Source: Octopus vulgaris
Lineage: Eukaryota
DNA: 64,000 nt
Assembly: GCA_951406725.2 (NCBI GenBank)
Contig: OX597832.1
Span: 14,260,001-14,324,000, forward strand
Direction: 5' to 3'
The position numbers and the translations under genes are program-made. The stretch's first letter is position 1. Every line of letters starts with the position of its first letter. The notes under the pieces are model-generated. The model did not search any database, was not told the DNA's origin, and saw nothing but the letters and a program-made list of their open reading frames with translations. Positions 26,990-40,040 of this stretch are shown here, in pieces.

Positions 26990-27415
26990 ATTTTGTTAGA
27001 TGTGGACATGATTAAAAAGTTCTATTATTGTATCAGCGTCCCAGGAACTTCTCCAGATGAGTCATCTTTCCATATTGCAAAGACATCACTAGCCACTACC
27101 AGTGGTATAAGGTTTACAATTAGCTAAGATATTCCAGTAAATCCTATATTTGGTACCTTGTTCTTTTAAGATCCCTATATAACTGGATAATTTGGTAGTT
27201 TTTCGTTTACTCCATTGTCTGAAGATTAAGGTATAATTGTTGCACCTTGCTTTGAAATTTCCCTCTGTGTGACCCACATAATTCATTCATAGAACTGTGA
27301 TATTAGCGTTTGTAGAATTAACAGAGGCTTCATACGTAATGGTTTCGGTCATTCAGGCTTCTTCTAGTGGGCACGTCTTTATCGCTTGGCTAATTATTTA
27401 TCTAATATCGAGGTC
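26990..27415 (-). mobile_element. Penelope-like element remnant, GIY-YIG endonuclease region
   Basis: ..CPLEE..TITYEASV..YVGHTEGNFKARCNNYTLIFR..TTKLSSYIGILKEQGTKYRIYWNILANCKPYTTGSG..CLCNME..SCPH fits the PLE pattern CPL/YIGxTExxFKxRyxNH/TxLSxYIWxLK/CxLCxxE/CxH. Confidence 0.8.
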
Positions 27416-27432
27416 TCAGTCTTTTTTGTTAC

Positions 27433-27548
<116 letters not shown>

Positions 27549-27619
27549 TATATTATATTATATTATATTATATTGTATTACTCCTGTGCACACAATCACA
27601 CGCATATACATAACTATAC

Positions 27620-27756
27620 ACGATTGGCTTCTTTCAGTTTCCATCTCCGAGATCTACTCACAAGACCCTATAGTAGAAAACATTTACTTAAGGTGACACG
27701 AAATGCTACTGAACCTGGAACAGTAATTTTCTATACATGTAGCTCCTCCTTCGCCT
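27620..27756 (-). mobile_element. SINE family A, decayed 5' half
   Basis: ggcttctttcagtttccatct..cacaag..ctatagtagaaaacattt..actgaacctggaac..ctccttcgccta. Confidence 0.65.
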
Positions 27757-27817
27757 ATATATATATATTTTTTTCTAGTTTCAGCTCAGAGCTGCGGCCA
27801 TGCTGATGCACCGCCGT

Positions 27818-27949
<132 letters not shown>

Positions 27950-30119
27950 GCATGGTGCGAAAATATCTGGCAACGATAACAATTCGATGGATGTCTCTTT
28001 ATCGGAACATACATTTTCCGAGGGCGTTTTCATGTCTTTCCTTTATTTTCGTTGTAATTTTCAGAACTTAACTGAGTTAATCATCGGATACTCAAAACCT
28101 CTTTGTCATGCTTTTTAATGATTTTTGTAACTAAAATGCCAAAGTGTTGTGTTCCTCCTGGCAATTATTATTTTTATTATATTTATTTGTTTGTTTTTTA
28201 ACAATAATTAAGGTGGTTTTACAAGAAATGCCTTTTTCGGTACAATGAAGAATAAAATTCTTTGGGATATTCTTTCCAAAATTACAATACAAATAATTAT
28301 TGTGTAAAATGGCAAGCAACTGAATGACATTTAATTAACAAAGCACTCAGGATATATTGCAATGAGTGACAGAACACTAATGACATCCACTTAACGTAAG
28401 GTTAATCGGATTCTGAAATAGTCTTTTAAAATTTGCAGCAACATATTGAAGTATTTTGTGATGATGGCTGTCTTGCAATATGCCGTTGATTCAAAGAAAT
28501 TGTTTCTGCAATCGTTGAAAAATAAAGGAATCATTGAATTGTATGCTAAATTTGAATGTTCTGGTATATACTAGATACATCTACTTATAACGACATTCAC
28601 GCAGAGTGGGTTGAGCTGGCTCGACCAACGACATCACCAGGTCTATCAAATGTTGACAATATCCGAAAGGTCAGCTGATGTGTTTAGCTGTGGAGTTCAA
28701 GTTCGGAATTTCAGTGGAAAAACAAGTTCATATATGCTACGCAGTACCATGCATACACATATTAGGATAGTGTTATCTGTAGCAGCTCATCTTGCCTTCG
28801 ATTGTCGAAATTCACAGAGTACTCCCTGCGAACTGAGCATCGATTATCTAAACGGAAGTATCCTCGGTTTGAAGCGCGGACTAGAAACATGCCGACATAC
28901 AGACTAAGAGGTGACACGCCCAGTGGTCTCCCAGCAGGTTGCCCGCCACCTCAGAACTTCTGAGTGAGCCTGCAAGCATAATTTAAATAATAGCATTTAT
29001 ATATATATATATATGTGCGTGTGTGTGTGTGTTTGTGCGTGCATGTGTATGTGTATGTGTGTGTGTTTCATTGTTAGATATGCGTTGCAGCTTATGCTAT
29101 CAAACAGCAGAATGATGTAAGAAAATCGTAAATACGGTTATACAGACAAAATAGCTCGATTGTGTGATCCTTATCTGGAGGCAATCGGCAAAAGGATGAT
29201 TATATGCAATAACTCTACGTAAAGTATTATATTTTGATTTTGGCTTAGGATTTGTTCCTTGCTCCCCGCATTTTCCCTCTCACACGCGAAAGTTACATCA
29301 GTTGTCGTTTTGAATTCAATTTGAATATAATTTAATAATTCTTCTCGAGTAACCTTAGCATTGTTTTCTGCAATATTCAAGATAATGGTGGACGGAAAAG
29401 TGTGAAAATAAAAATACCGATAATATGAAGTCGCTTTCTCTGTGCTCCAAAGGAATTTATTTGCATAATAGGCGTCAAGACACATCAAATATACTTTCCA
29501 AACCAAACTTAGTGAAAATAATGTCCAAATCATGAATATGTATCCAAAGAATGCCTTCTACTCAACAATTGTCATAAACATTACTTTTGCAATGACATTT
29601 CTTTTCAGCGCCAGTAACTGTGTAACGAAATCTCGAAATACACAGTGATAAAAAGAAAATCTGAGATATTACACATCCCTCGAAGATGAGAAATAAAATA
29701 CAGATATACGGTTAGAATACAAGATCTCTCTCTTTCTCTCTCTCTATCTCACTCTCTCTCTCTCTATTTCTCTGTCTATCTATCTATCTGTCTATCTATC
29801 TGTCTTCTGTCTATGTAACTATGTTTCTATCTACCAGTCTGTTTGTTTGCCCATAGACTAACTATATGTCTATTTTATATCATCCTCTCTATCTTTAGAT
29901 TTATTTCTATATCCATGACCCCTTTTGCCTATCCTTAATCTCTTCTATTTATGAACCCATAAAACTTTTTATATCCACAAATCTATCACGGGAAATGCCT
30001 TTTTACATATCTTCTTTTCTTTCATTTCAGTTTATTTAGTTTCAATCTCATTCTTAACTTACTAACCACACCTAGTAAAGGAGAGGGATTGGCTGAGACA
30101 CACAACCACATTAATTCGT

Positions 30120-30163
<44 letters not shown>

Positions 30164-30267
30164 ATATATATATATATATAAATACGTGTGTCTGTGTATA
30201 TATATAAGCGTATACATATATACAAATATATGTACTCATATACTAATACATACATACAAAAGGACAC

Positions 30268-30342
<75 letters not shown>

Positions 30343-30789
30343 CGCATAAGCATATGTGTGAACGTGTGCGTGTATCATGCGTGTATTTTGAAGGCCGTAA
30401 AGGTATCGAGTGGTTTACATCGATTTTAGTTCTGTAATAATGTGCAAAAATAAGAGCGAGGCATAGCATGGAAATACATACTAAAATAGAGAATCGATAA
30501 ATAGAGAAACTAATGCGAAGTATATATTTGAGGAAAATTCTTCCAGGACATAAGCCTCGATAGCCTCATGGTAATGAATGAAATCAGTGAACTGCCAAAG
30601 GAATAAATCAAAGATCTATAGAATAAATACTAGCCATACAAAGAATAAATCTTGGATTTGTTCTGCTTAACTAAGGGCGGTGCTTCAGCATGGCCGCAGT
30701 TGAGTGACTGTAACAAGTAAAATAATAAAAGCATACATAAATATATATGTATTTATGTGTATTTATATATGCATACATATATGCAAAGG

Positions 30790-31200
30790 AGGGAACTCGG
30801 ACGAAGTTGCATCAAGTATGAACAAGCCAAGAGATGTATTCGTAAAGGCCTTGATGTCAATTTAATTGAGGATGTTGCCATACAGCTTCATTCTAAATGT
30901 AATGAATGTGCTCTCGTCCATCTAAATAAAGCAGGTTTAAACATCATCAGAAAAGCTTCACAGTGATTTAATTGTTAATTATGAATCAAGATAGTGCTTT
31001 TGTACTTCAACTGTTTGTGGGAAAACAAGATTTTGCTCGGGAAAGCAGAATGTAACGCCATAGGTAATTTGACCAACTTCAAGGGGCGCTTGTGAATACC
31101 ACATCTGTTCAATACAATGCAAATCAATAGCATGACTGAAAACAATATATCTGTGACGATTATGCACGACTATAAATAGCAAGCGATGGCACTACTGGGG
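30790..31200 (+). mobile_element. Possible highly decayed LINE reverse-transcriptase remnant
   Basis: Faint collinear echoes of VF..KAFD / NIIRxLH / YADD across frameshifts. Confidence 0.25.
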
Positions 31201-31552
31201 TCTTGAATCCAGTTGAAGCCATCGTATACATGCATGTGTATGTATGTGTGTGTGCCTCTGCGTCTTTGTGTATATGTTAGTAATGCCTTTTTCTATAGCA
31301 AAATTGTAAGTCAACTACAAGATGTTGAGTGTTGTATCGTTTCTGGAATGGAATTTTTTTGCGCATAAAAAGAGAAATATTATATAAAGAGATTTCTGAG
31401 TACTTACATCGTAAATATGGCGTTTTGAAAAGGAGAGAAATAACACATGAACTAGGATACACACGAGATTCTATTGTTTTATTTTATCAAAACTTCTAAC
31501 ATTTTATTGATTGACAGTGTGTCTGTATATAGTTAGTGAGATATTTATATAA

Positions 31553-31645
<93 letters not shown>

Positions 31646-32748
31646 GGGAAGCTAATATATTTTCACTGCAACCAACTTAACCGATCAGGCCTCCAGCGAA
31701 ATTTGGCTTATACATGAACGTATTTGCCTACGGTTCCTAAGCCGCGTATGCAAATTTTAAACGTTACTGAAAGGAAATGGCGAAATACTTTTCACACACG
31801 CGCGCCTACAAACTGACATTCATACGAGTGTATGTTTGTGTACGTATGTGTTTCTAAGATGTGTGTTGACAGATGAGTTTGTGTTTATAGGTGTGTGTGT
31901 GTGTTTGTGTTTTACTTTATGTGCATATTTTTGTTGGTTTTCCCTAATTCACCGACGAAAAAGAAGAAATTATATTCTGATGCCGATAAATTTAGCAAAA
32001 TATGCTTGTGTAGTCTCTCGGGATTACTATAGATTTATAACTAATATATTTCTACTTCACAAAAATGTGAAACTTCTTTTGTTAGTTTCCTTCGTTTTGA
32101 TATATACGCTTACAGTTAAGAATTTACAGTTCAGATTCTTTTTTTCTTTTTTTTCTGAAATATTTAATAAAATATGCAAAAGCGAAATTTAATAATTTTT
32201 TTCTCAATAGACAGACGAAAATATTACGGCCGCAAAACTTTTGTGCATAAGCTTAAAGCAAATGTAATCCTTCAAAATTCCAATAATTTTATTTTTAATC
32301 GAATTCTAGATCATAACACTCTATTGAACTTTAATAAAAATTATTTTTCTATTTCTTTTATATTGAATTGCGTATGAAATCTTAGATTATTATTTTTATA
32401 AATCCTAACCAAAGCAAATTTGTGTTACAAGAATTCCTATATGTTTGACCGTTTTATTTAGCTAACATCCACATTTTGGAGTAAATTTACATTGCGTTAT
32501 TTTCCTTTCGAGGCGTTACATTAATTAATGATATATAGCAGAAACACATAAGTCTTCCTTTAATAAATGGTTAACGGCAACATGTATTTAAAATTTTTCT
32601 TCACAGTAATGCGCTGCATAATTACTTAATACAATGGATTTAAATTCGAGATTTAAGAAGACATTACGTTAAATCATTCTCTCTGCAAATATTAAAATAT
32701 AAATTGATTTTAGTGAGACACTGATGCAGATTCCCATACACACACACA

Positions 32749-32815
<67 letters not shown>

Positions 32816-34893
32816 GTACTTATATACATATATATGAACGTGTATATATATATATATAAACCCGCTGGTATGTGTCTCTCTGCGGTAGTTTGTGTGTTAT
32901 TGTTTCACTTTTTGGCAAAGAAAATCTCTCATAAGTATGTATGTTTTAGAAATGTCAGGAAAAGCAATTTAAATTTTCTGGTGAAAATATATTTTACAAT
33001 TATATCGAATTTTTTTTTCTTATCTTGAAAGCCGCATTTCTTACTAATACTGAAGCACAAAAATCAAACGAAGAAAACAATACAAAATCTAAAACCGAAT
33101 AATCATCTGCAATAAAAGATTGATAGAATTTATCAAAAAGAGTAGGCACTAAAATAAAAGAATCTATAGAAAATCACTCTCATTATGTTGTCATGAACTT
33201 TTGAAACATAATAGTGCATAGAATATAAAGGACATCGTTGTGATTCGCATAATATGAAGAATTAGAAAAAAAGGTTGAAAGTAGCAGATAATAAGAAGGA
33301 ATAAAGTTATATTTTACAATCGTAAGCAAAATACATCTGAGTTTCGTACCGTAAGGTTTACACGATGAAATTTGCATAAAATATTGTTAATATTCAGTCA
33401 ACTGGATTTGTGCTTCGCTTGACGGAGAAAGGAAAGAAAAAGAGAATGAAAAATATATTAACACAAATATATATCGAACCAAAATAGGGTTGTGTAGTGT
33501 ATATTGAGAGAGATTAGAACCATAATATGAGTAAATAATTGTATACATTATAAGCAGCTATTTCTCTCATATGTGCTGGCATAAAACAGAAATTGTCTTA
33601 AAAGATTGAAATGCATTCCTTAAGATATATCCATCCATACATACATGCATACATATACATTGCACACAGACGTAGACACATACACGCACACACATATTTG
33701 TTATTCGCTCTATCTTACGGACGGTATATTATAAAAAGACAGACAACTGCTGTCTTTCTTTCAAAAAAGTATATCGTATAGACACATACTGCTTAGAAGC
33801 ACTGCAGAATACAGTTAAATACGAAGACCATCCAAAAGTGGCGAGAGAATTGCCAAACCGAAATTTCTTACGGCAACCGCATGCTCAGGCAAACTAACCT
33901 CTACTAAAAAGAGAAACATTGTGCTTAGGTAATAAATAATGTCGGAAATAGACTATTCGTTTTTTCAGTTTCGTTATTAGGGGCGCAAACAATATTACTT
34001 GAAAACAGCATTGTGCATATCGTACTTAACGTTGATACATTTCATAAAGCTACATTACTGCGATATTCCATTTACGAAGGTGCCAAGTGCATTCCAGTTC
34101 CACACCACTGTTCTTCTAATCACCATTGTCCTATATCAGTAGAGGCTGATATAGATTGACCAGCTTTGCGGTTACAGAAGATACTTCCTTGAAATGTTGC
34201 ACAATTACACAGAGATCTGAATTCAGATAATTCCCTTAAACAGTATCAACTATTAACTGCTACTGATATTATTCTCCCTGTTTACGTCGCATATAATGAG
34301 AATATATATGTAGAAAGAAATAAGAAGTAATTTGAATTCATATTAGAATACAACGTATGTGGAAATTAATAACATTCCACTTGATATATTTAGGTAAAAT
34401 TTTTCACTTTCCAAGCAATTGTTGGGAAACAAGACTGAAAATTCTCGTGGCATCAACAGTGATCACGTGTTGTTCTGAGCACGACTACACATCCATCATT
34501 ATGGATTAGATATTTTTTACAAATCACGTAGAAGGATATCCTGACGCATAACATTTCTGTAAGAAATATGTAGGCATTATAATATCTGTTGTAATTGGCT
34601 AATCCACTAAGTGTTCCGTCGAATAACTGTTGGTAGGTCATATTTCTCATTTGTGCGTATTTTCTTTAAGTCATCGGCAGTCGTTGGCGTTCCAAAATAG
34701 ATATTTTATACTGGTCTTCACTGCTGATTCATGCGGATAACCAGGTTAGATAACAATCAATTTCTAGCTTCTCTTCACCAGAGTTCATATAGTTTCTATA
34801 CTTGGACATATGCATCGCAAGTGACAGTGATTCACAATCTCATTGCTATATCTTCCGCACGTTAACCCTGGTAAACATACACCCACACACACT

Positions 34894-34936
<43 letters not shown>

Positions 34937-35259
34937 ATATATATGTATGTGTGTGTGTGTTTGTGTTTGTGTCTGTTGTCTGTGTGTGTATATATATAAA
35001 CATACAAATAGGCTTTATTACCTCTTGTTAAATTTCTTAGAAAATACGATATATTCATGGATTAGTAATAAAGGAAAAACTGAAAGAAAGAAAAAAGGAA
35101 AAATGCTACGATATGTATATATAGATTATGGCTAATCTTCAACTAAGAAATTCTAACATTCCAGTAGATAAATAAGACTTTCATAAATATCACAGTGAAC
35201 ACGTAACAAATGCCACTTATATGTGTTTATCTATCTATCTATCTATCTATGTATCTATC

Positions 35260-36115
35260 TCTATAATAGGAAAATTCTCTTAATCCTTGCTTGCTCGTCT
35301 GTTATTTGATACCGCCAAATCGGCCCATAAAAGGAAGATACTCTGGAAGTAAAAAGAAAACCTGAAATTCGAATACAAACGGAATAAAGCAAGTTACGCG
35401 TAAATCGGACCACGGGTTCCACAGATAAGCGTTTTGATATTTTGGCGGGGGAGGTTTGATTCTACAAATCGCAACAGTAATACCTGTTCTTATTGTCCTT
35501 TACTGTGAATACCGGGGAGCTTTGTTTGCATAACTATAGATGTGTACTCCACCATCTTTGTTGCCTCATAATTTCCAGAAAAATTGATACCTTTTAACTA
35601 GCAAAATTGTCAACAAATGCCGCTTACATGCTGTGGGTTCAGATTATAAAGCTATTTACGGGAAATAATTTTTGTTAGGGTGTGTAAAGAGGAGTTTCCA
35701 AAAATTCACTACATCCGGAATTTTTCCTTCATAACTTTCAGGAAAATGTATTTCTTTTCATTAAATTTTATACAGATACCATTCAAACGGCATATATTAC
35801 GACCATAAGGAAATTTGTTTTCCGAAGGGGTTGAGAGAGGAGTTCTGTATCGAGAAGACCAAATAAGTTGGATCTACTCAGATTTGACAGGAATTTTTCC
35901 CATATTTTATTTCACCACACCTATCGTAATGATGGGGGCATTTTGAAAATTTTTGAAATTTTTCACCATCCTCCTACTCTCATTTCAATTACGTTTCTAT
36001 ACAGGATTTTTAACATAAGAAAAATTCAAACAAGAATTATTCTAAACATATAATCAATGATTATGTCAATATTACTTTACTAAGTTATAGTAATTTGGTA
36101 AAATCACAGGCAAGT
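35260..36115 (+). mobile_element. Possible decayed non-autonomous Helitron-like element
   Basis: Begins TCTATAATAGGAAAA after a (CTAT)n tract, with internal ataacttt..ttcattaaatttt motifs. No 3' CTAG found. Confidence 0.3.
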
Positions 36116-36624
36116 AAGCAATACAAATTAATATATACATTTATATATAGATAAACATATATACGGATTGAAGAATAAATCGCTGTAATGTTATTAACAT
36201 AAGTCTCCTAACCTTAACAAAGTAGACGAAATTATCGCAAAAATTTAGTCACAGAGATAGGTTAAGATCAGTACTTAACTCAGAGAGAATGAGAAGAATA
36301 TACACTTAAAATACAACAACGAGATTCTGGAGACAATCTCTCGGCTACAAATGATTCAATGAAAAGGAAATGTTGAAAAGATAATATTCATCAGTGGTTA
36401 ACTGTAGTGAGACAAACAATTTCATTAGCCATTAATGTTTCTAAAATTCTTACAATTCCCGATGGAAAAAATTGACGCAATAAAGATTATAAAGATCCGA
36501 TGTAATTAGAATGATATTAAATATCTACGTACGCAAAGTTAAGGCATTAAACATAGATGGGGATGCGAATACATCTTCATATGGTTGTGTCTATGACTGT
36601 ATAAATTCTTAAATACATAGATAC

Positions 36625-36696
<72 letters not shown>

Positions 36697-36697
36697 G

Positions 36698-36761
<64 letters not shown>

Positions 36762-37902
36762 AGAGAGAGAGAGAGAGAGAGAGATATATGGATAAATAGA
36801 TAGAGAGAGAAAGATAGAGAGATGTATGCATACATACATATTTATGTGTATGTATATACATACACAGAAACCTACACACGCTCAGACACATCCACGCAAA
36901 CACACAAATATATACAATACTATCGCAGTGATGCATTAAATCATTCTTGTCTTTGTATACATTCTCTGTCAACTTAACATCTTCCACGAGTGTATCAGGA
37001 TTTTAGGCCGGTTGCTATGGAGGGGCTTCTGGCAAAGAACACATTTGCATACTATTCAGAACTACTACACTCAGAAGGAATTTTTTTTTTAATTCAACAG
37101 ACGGTATGTAAAAGTAAGACTGACTCTAATGCTACGAAGGCAGACGATGGTTTAGCTTGCCGAAACTTCCAAGTAACTATTAACAATATTTTTGTTTAAG
37201 AATAATAAATAATTATGTACAAATATATAGAGTAACCAATCAGATTGATGCAAAATTGTATATGTGTCTGTGTCTAAATGTATAATGATACATACATACG
37301 CACTATATTTAACACTATATTTATGAGATCATGTCGATAATATATAACTTTTACTTATATGTTTGTTATCTAATTTCGCTCTAATGTTATGTTACGCAAA
37401 TTAATTATATAATCAATATATATCAATTAACACAAAATTACACAGCTTAACTGATTAAGATATGAATGGTAACAACGTATATATATTTACGCATACACAA
37501 TTGTAAATATATGTGTGTGATTCAGTGTGTATTTATATGCTTGTGTGCGTTGTACAAGCGACTGAATATATATATCATAAAATCATGTGTATCATAAAAA
37601 ATATCCTCCGGTAGCATCTGCATTATATATTAGTTGGGAGCATGCATTTGGAATTACAGTTGCAACTCATCAGCCCGGTGTCTATCAATTTCACTGATAT
37701 TTTATTAGGCACACGAAGAGAATAGCTAATAACATTTGACAAGCTACGAGGAAAGGTTTCAACAGGCGATTGGGTGCATATGAGGCAAAGTGTTTCACCA
37801 TTCCGTCATATTGTTCTACATACTGATACGTCTAAATCTTTATATCTATATCTATCTATCTATCTCTCACTCTCTCTCTCACACACACGCATACATACAC
37901 AC

Positions 37903-37978
<76 letters not shown>

Positions 37979-37990
37979 ATGTGTGTGTGT

Positions 37991-38347
37991 GGAGGCGCAA
38001 TGGCTCACTGGTTAGGGCAGCGGACTCGCGGTCGTAGGATCGCGGTTTCGATTCCCAGACCGGGCATTGTGAGTGTTTATTGAGCGAAAACACCTAAAGC
38101 AGGGGGGGGGGCCCTGCTGTACTCTTTCACCACAACTTTCTCTCACTCTTTCTTCCTGTTTCTGTTGTACCTGTATTTCAAAGGGCCAGCCTTGTCACAC
38201 TTTGTGTCACGCTGAATCTCCTCGAGAACTACGTTAAGGGTACATGTGTCTGTGGAATGCTCAGCCACTTGCACGTTAATTCCACGAGCAAGCTGTTCCG
38301 TTGATCGTATCAGCTGGGACCCTCATCGTCGTAACCGACGGAGTGCT
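37991..38347 (+). mobile_element. tRNA-derived SINE, family B
   Basis: Head ggaggcgcaaTGGCTCACTGGttagggcagcggactcgcggtcgtaggatcgcgGTTTCGATTCCcagaccgggc has A/B boxes. It is followed by a ~280-nt body and sits between microsatellites. Confidence 0.85.
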
Positions 38348-38370
38348 CCTAATACATATATAAATACATG

Positions 38371-38434
<64 letters not shown>

Positions 38435-39040
38435 TACATGTATATATTCAGTACTGGTGGAGTTGTTATTGTTTTGTCAAATAATTGTCATTTACATTGT
38501 TGCAATCTCTTCAGCGACACATCTCTCTATTTCCATTTCTTTTGAACTTATGTTCCAGCGTTGGGATTCGTCCGAGATCTGTCCAAGATGAGTATGTGAG
38601 TGTGTGTATGTCTGTATGTGTGTGTGTTAATATATGTGTACATCACTATGTGCGTATGTGTTTATACATGTGTGCATCCGTATCTGTGTGTGTTTTAAAT
38701 ACCTTCATTTTTCATTTACATATGATAGCAGTTTTGGTTTTCTCTTTCTTTTCTTCGCAAACAGCCACGTTCATCCATATAATGTTTCTCTGAATGCGAT
38801 GAAAAAAAAACGATATGACAACTCTAAGAATACTGCACATTTGTAAGATTAACTGTTTGACTAAAGTTTTCAACATTTAGTTTGAAGAAATATGTAAAAA
38901 ACGGATGATCGATAAATTGGTTAAAGGTTTAACTAACCCATTAAATAACAATAAAGTACCGAACCAGTGCGTGTCTTTATTATTACTAGCATAATGGCTC
39001 TCCCAAGTTTCAATAGTGTATATACTATTGAACCTGTATA

Positions 39041-39115
<75 letters not shown>

Positions 39116-39221
39116 AATCCCCAGTAAAACGAAGAAGCAACGGAAGAAATAATTAAGCAACAATACCAGGACATGGTGCATGCAATGTGTTAGCAGTCGC
39201 ACAGGGAAGGAAAGAAATGTA

Positions 39222-39256
39222 GTCCTACGTTTCGAGCAAAAGTCTTCGTCAGAAAC
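39222..39256 (-). ncRNA. Minimal type I hammerhead ribozyme motif
   Basis: Minus strand gttt-CTGACGA-agacttttgctc-GAAAC-GTA|ggac: intact core, palindromic ACGT stem III, stem I by G-C/U-A/U-G pairs. It lies in a GC-elevated island (~39120-39320) next to a (TA)n tract. Confidence 0.6.
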
Positions 39257-39774
39257 AGGAGACGGAGGAAAGTCCAAGAGAAAAAAGAAGACGGAGGATA
39301 AACAATCGCCAACGATCCACATAATAAACTCATCATCCATTGAACAAAATTGCGTCATTTATGAAGATATATCTCCGTTCGATTTTCTTTACCTTTAGTT
39401 CTTCCTGTTATTAACATCATTATATTCCAACCACAATTTTTGTCGTACTTTTATCTGACAATAAATCCATTTAAGAAATAAACGTGCCTGTACAATTAAT
39501 ATTATGTAACAACGTGACTATCAACTTCCAACATAATTTATCAATTTAACACTTCATTCTATTGTAATATTGCAAAGATATTCATTTTAATAATGAATAT
39601 GCTCAATAATATTTTGTTTTATATTTTTGAGGCTTTCGTTATTTTCTTTAGATTAAATTTCTAACCCTAACCCTCTAGAAAGTTCTATTGTATGTGAATA
39701 ATAGTTTAAACATTCACAGTTTTCCCTTTAATTAATTTGGTTCACACACATTTGTAGAATGAACATAAAGTGAG

Positions 39775-40040
39775 ACATAGGTGTTCAATTGGTACTTATT
39801 TCATACACCCCGAAACGATGAAAGGCAATATCGACATCAATATGTGGTATTTTATACGATGTTAAATATTCAGTTAACTCATTGCCGTTAATAGTTGTTT
39901 CAAATTTTGTCACAAGGCAAGATCGCGGAATGGTGTTAGTCGATTACTTCTACCCAAGTATTCAGCTGTTACCTACTTTATCGAATCTGAAAGTATAGAG
40001 GGGAAACTGGACCTCTCTGGAATTTGAATTCAGAGCGTAA
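39775..40040 (-). mobile_element. Two decayed fragments of SINE family C
   Basis: ggtacttatttcatacaccccgaaacgatgaaaggcaatatcgac and tttatcgaatctgaaag..ggacctctctggaatttgaattcagagcgtaa are homologous to 63265-63345. Confidence 0.65.

Noticed and set aside
37138-37180. HHR candidate cagacga-tgg..cc-GAAAC ttccaa GTA
   Set aside because: Core mutated and no stem I pairing; possibly a decayed copy but unsupported.
37991-38066. tRNA gene
   Set aside because: No proper acceptor stem or T-run terminator; it continues into a SINE body.
39661-39674. Telomere-like ctaaccctaaccct
   Set aside because: Only two units; expected by chance.
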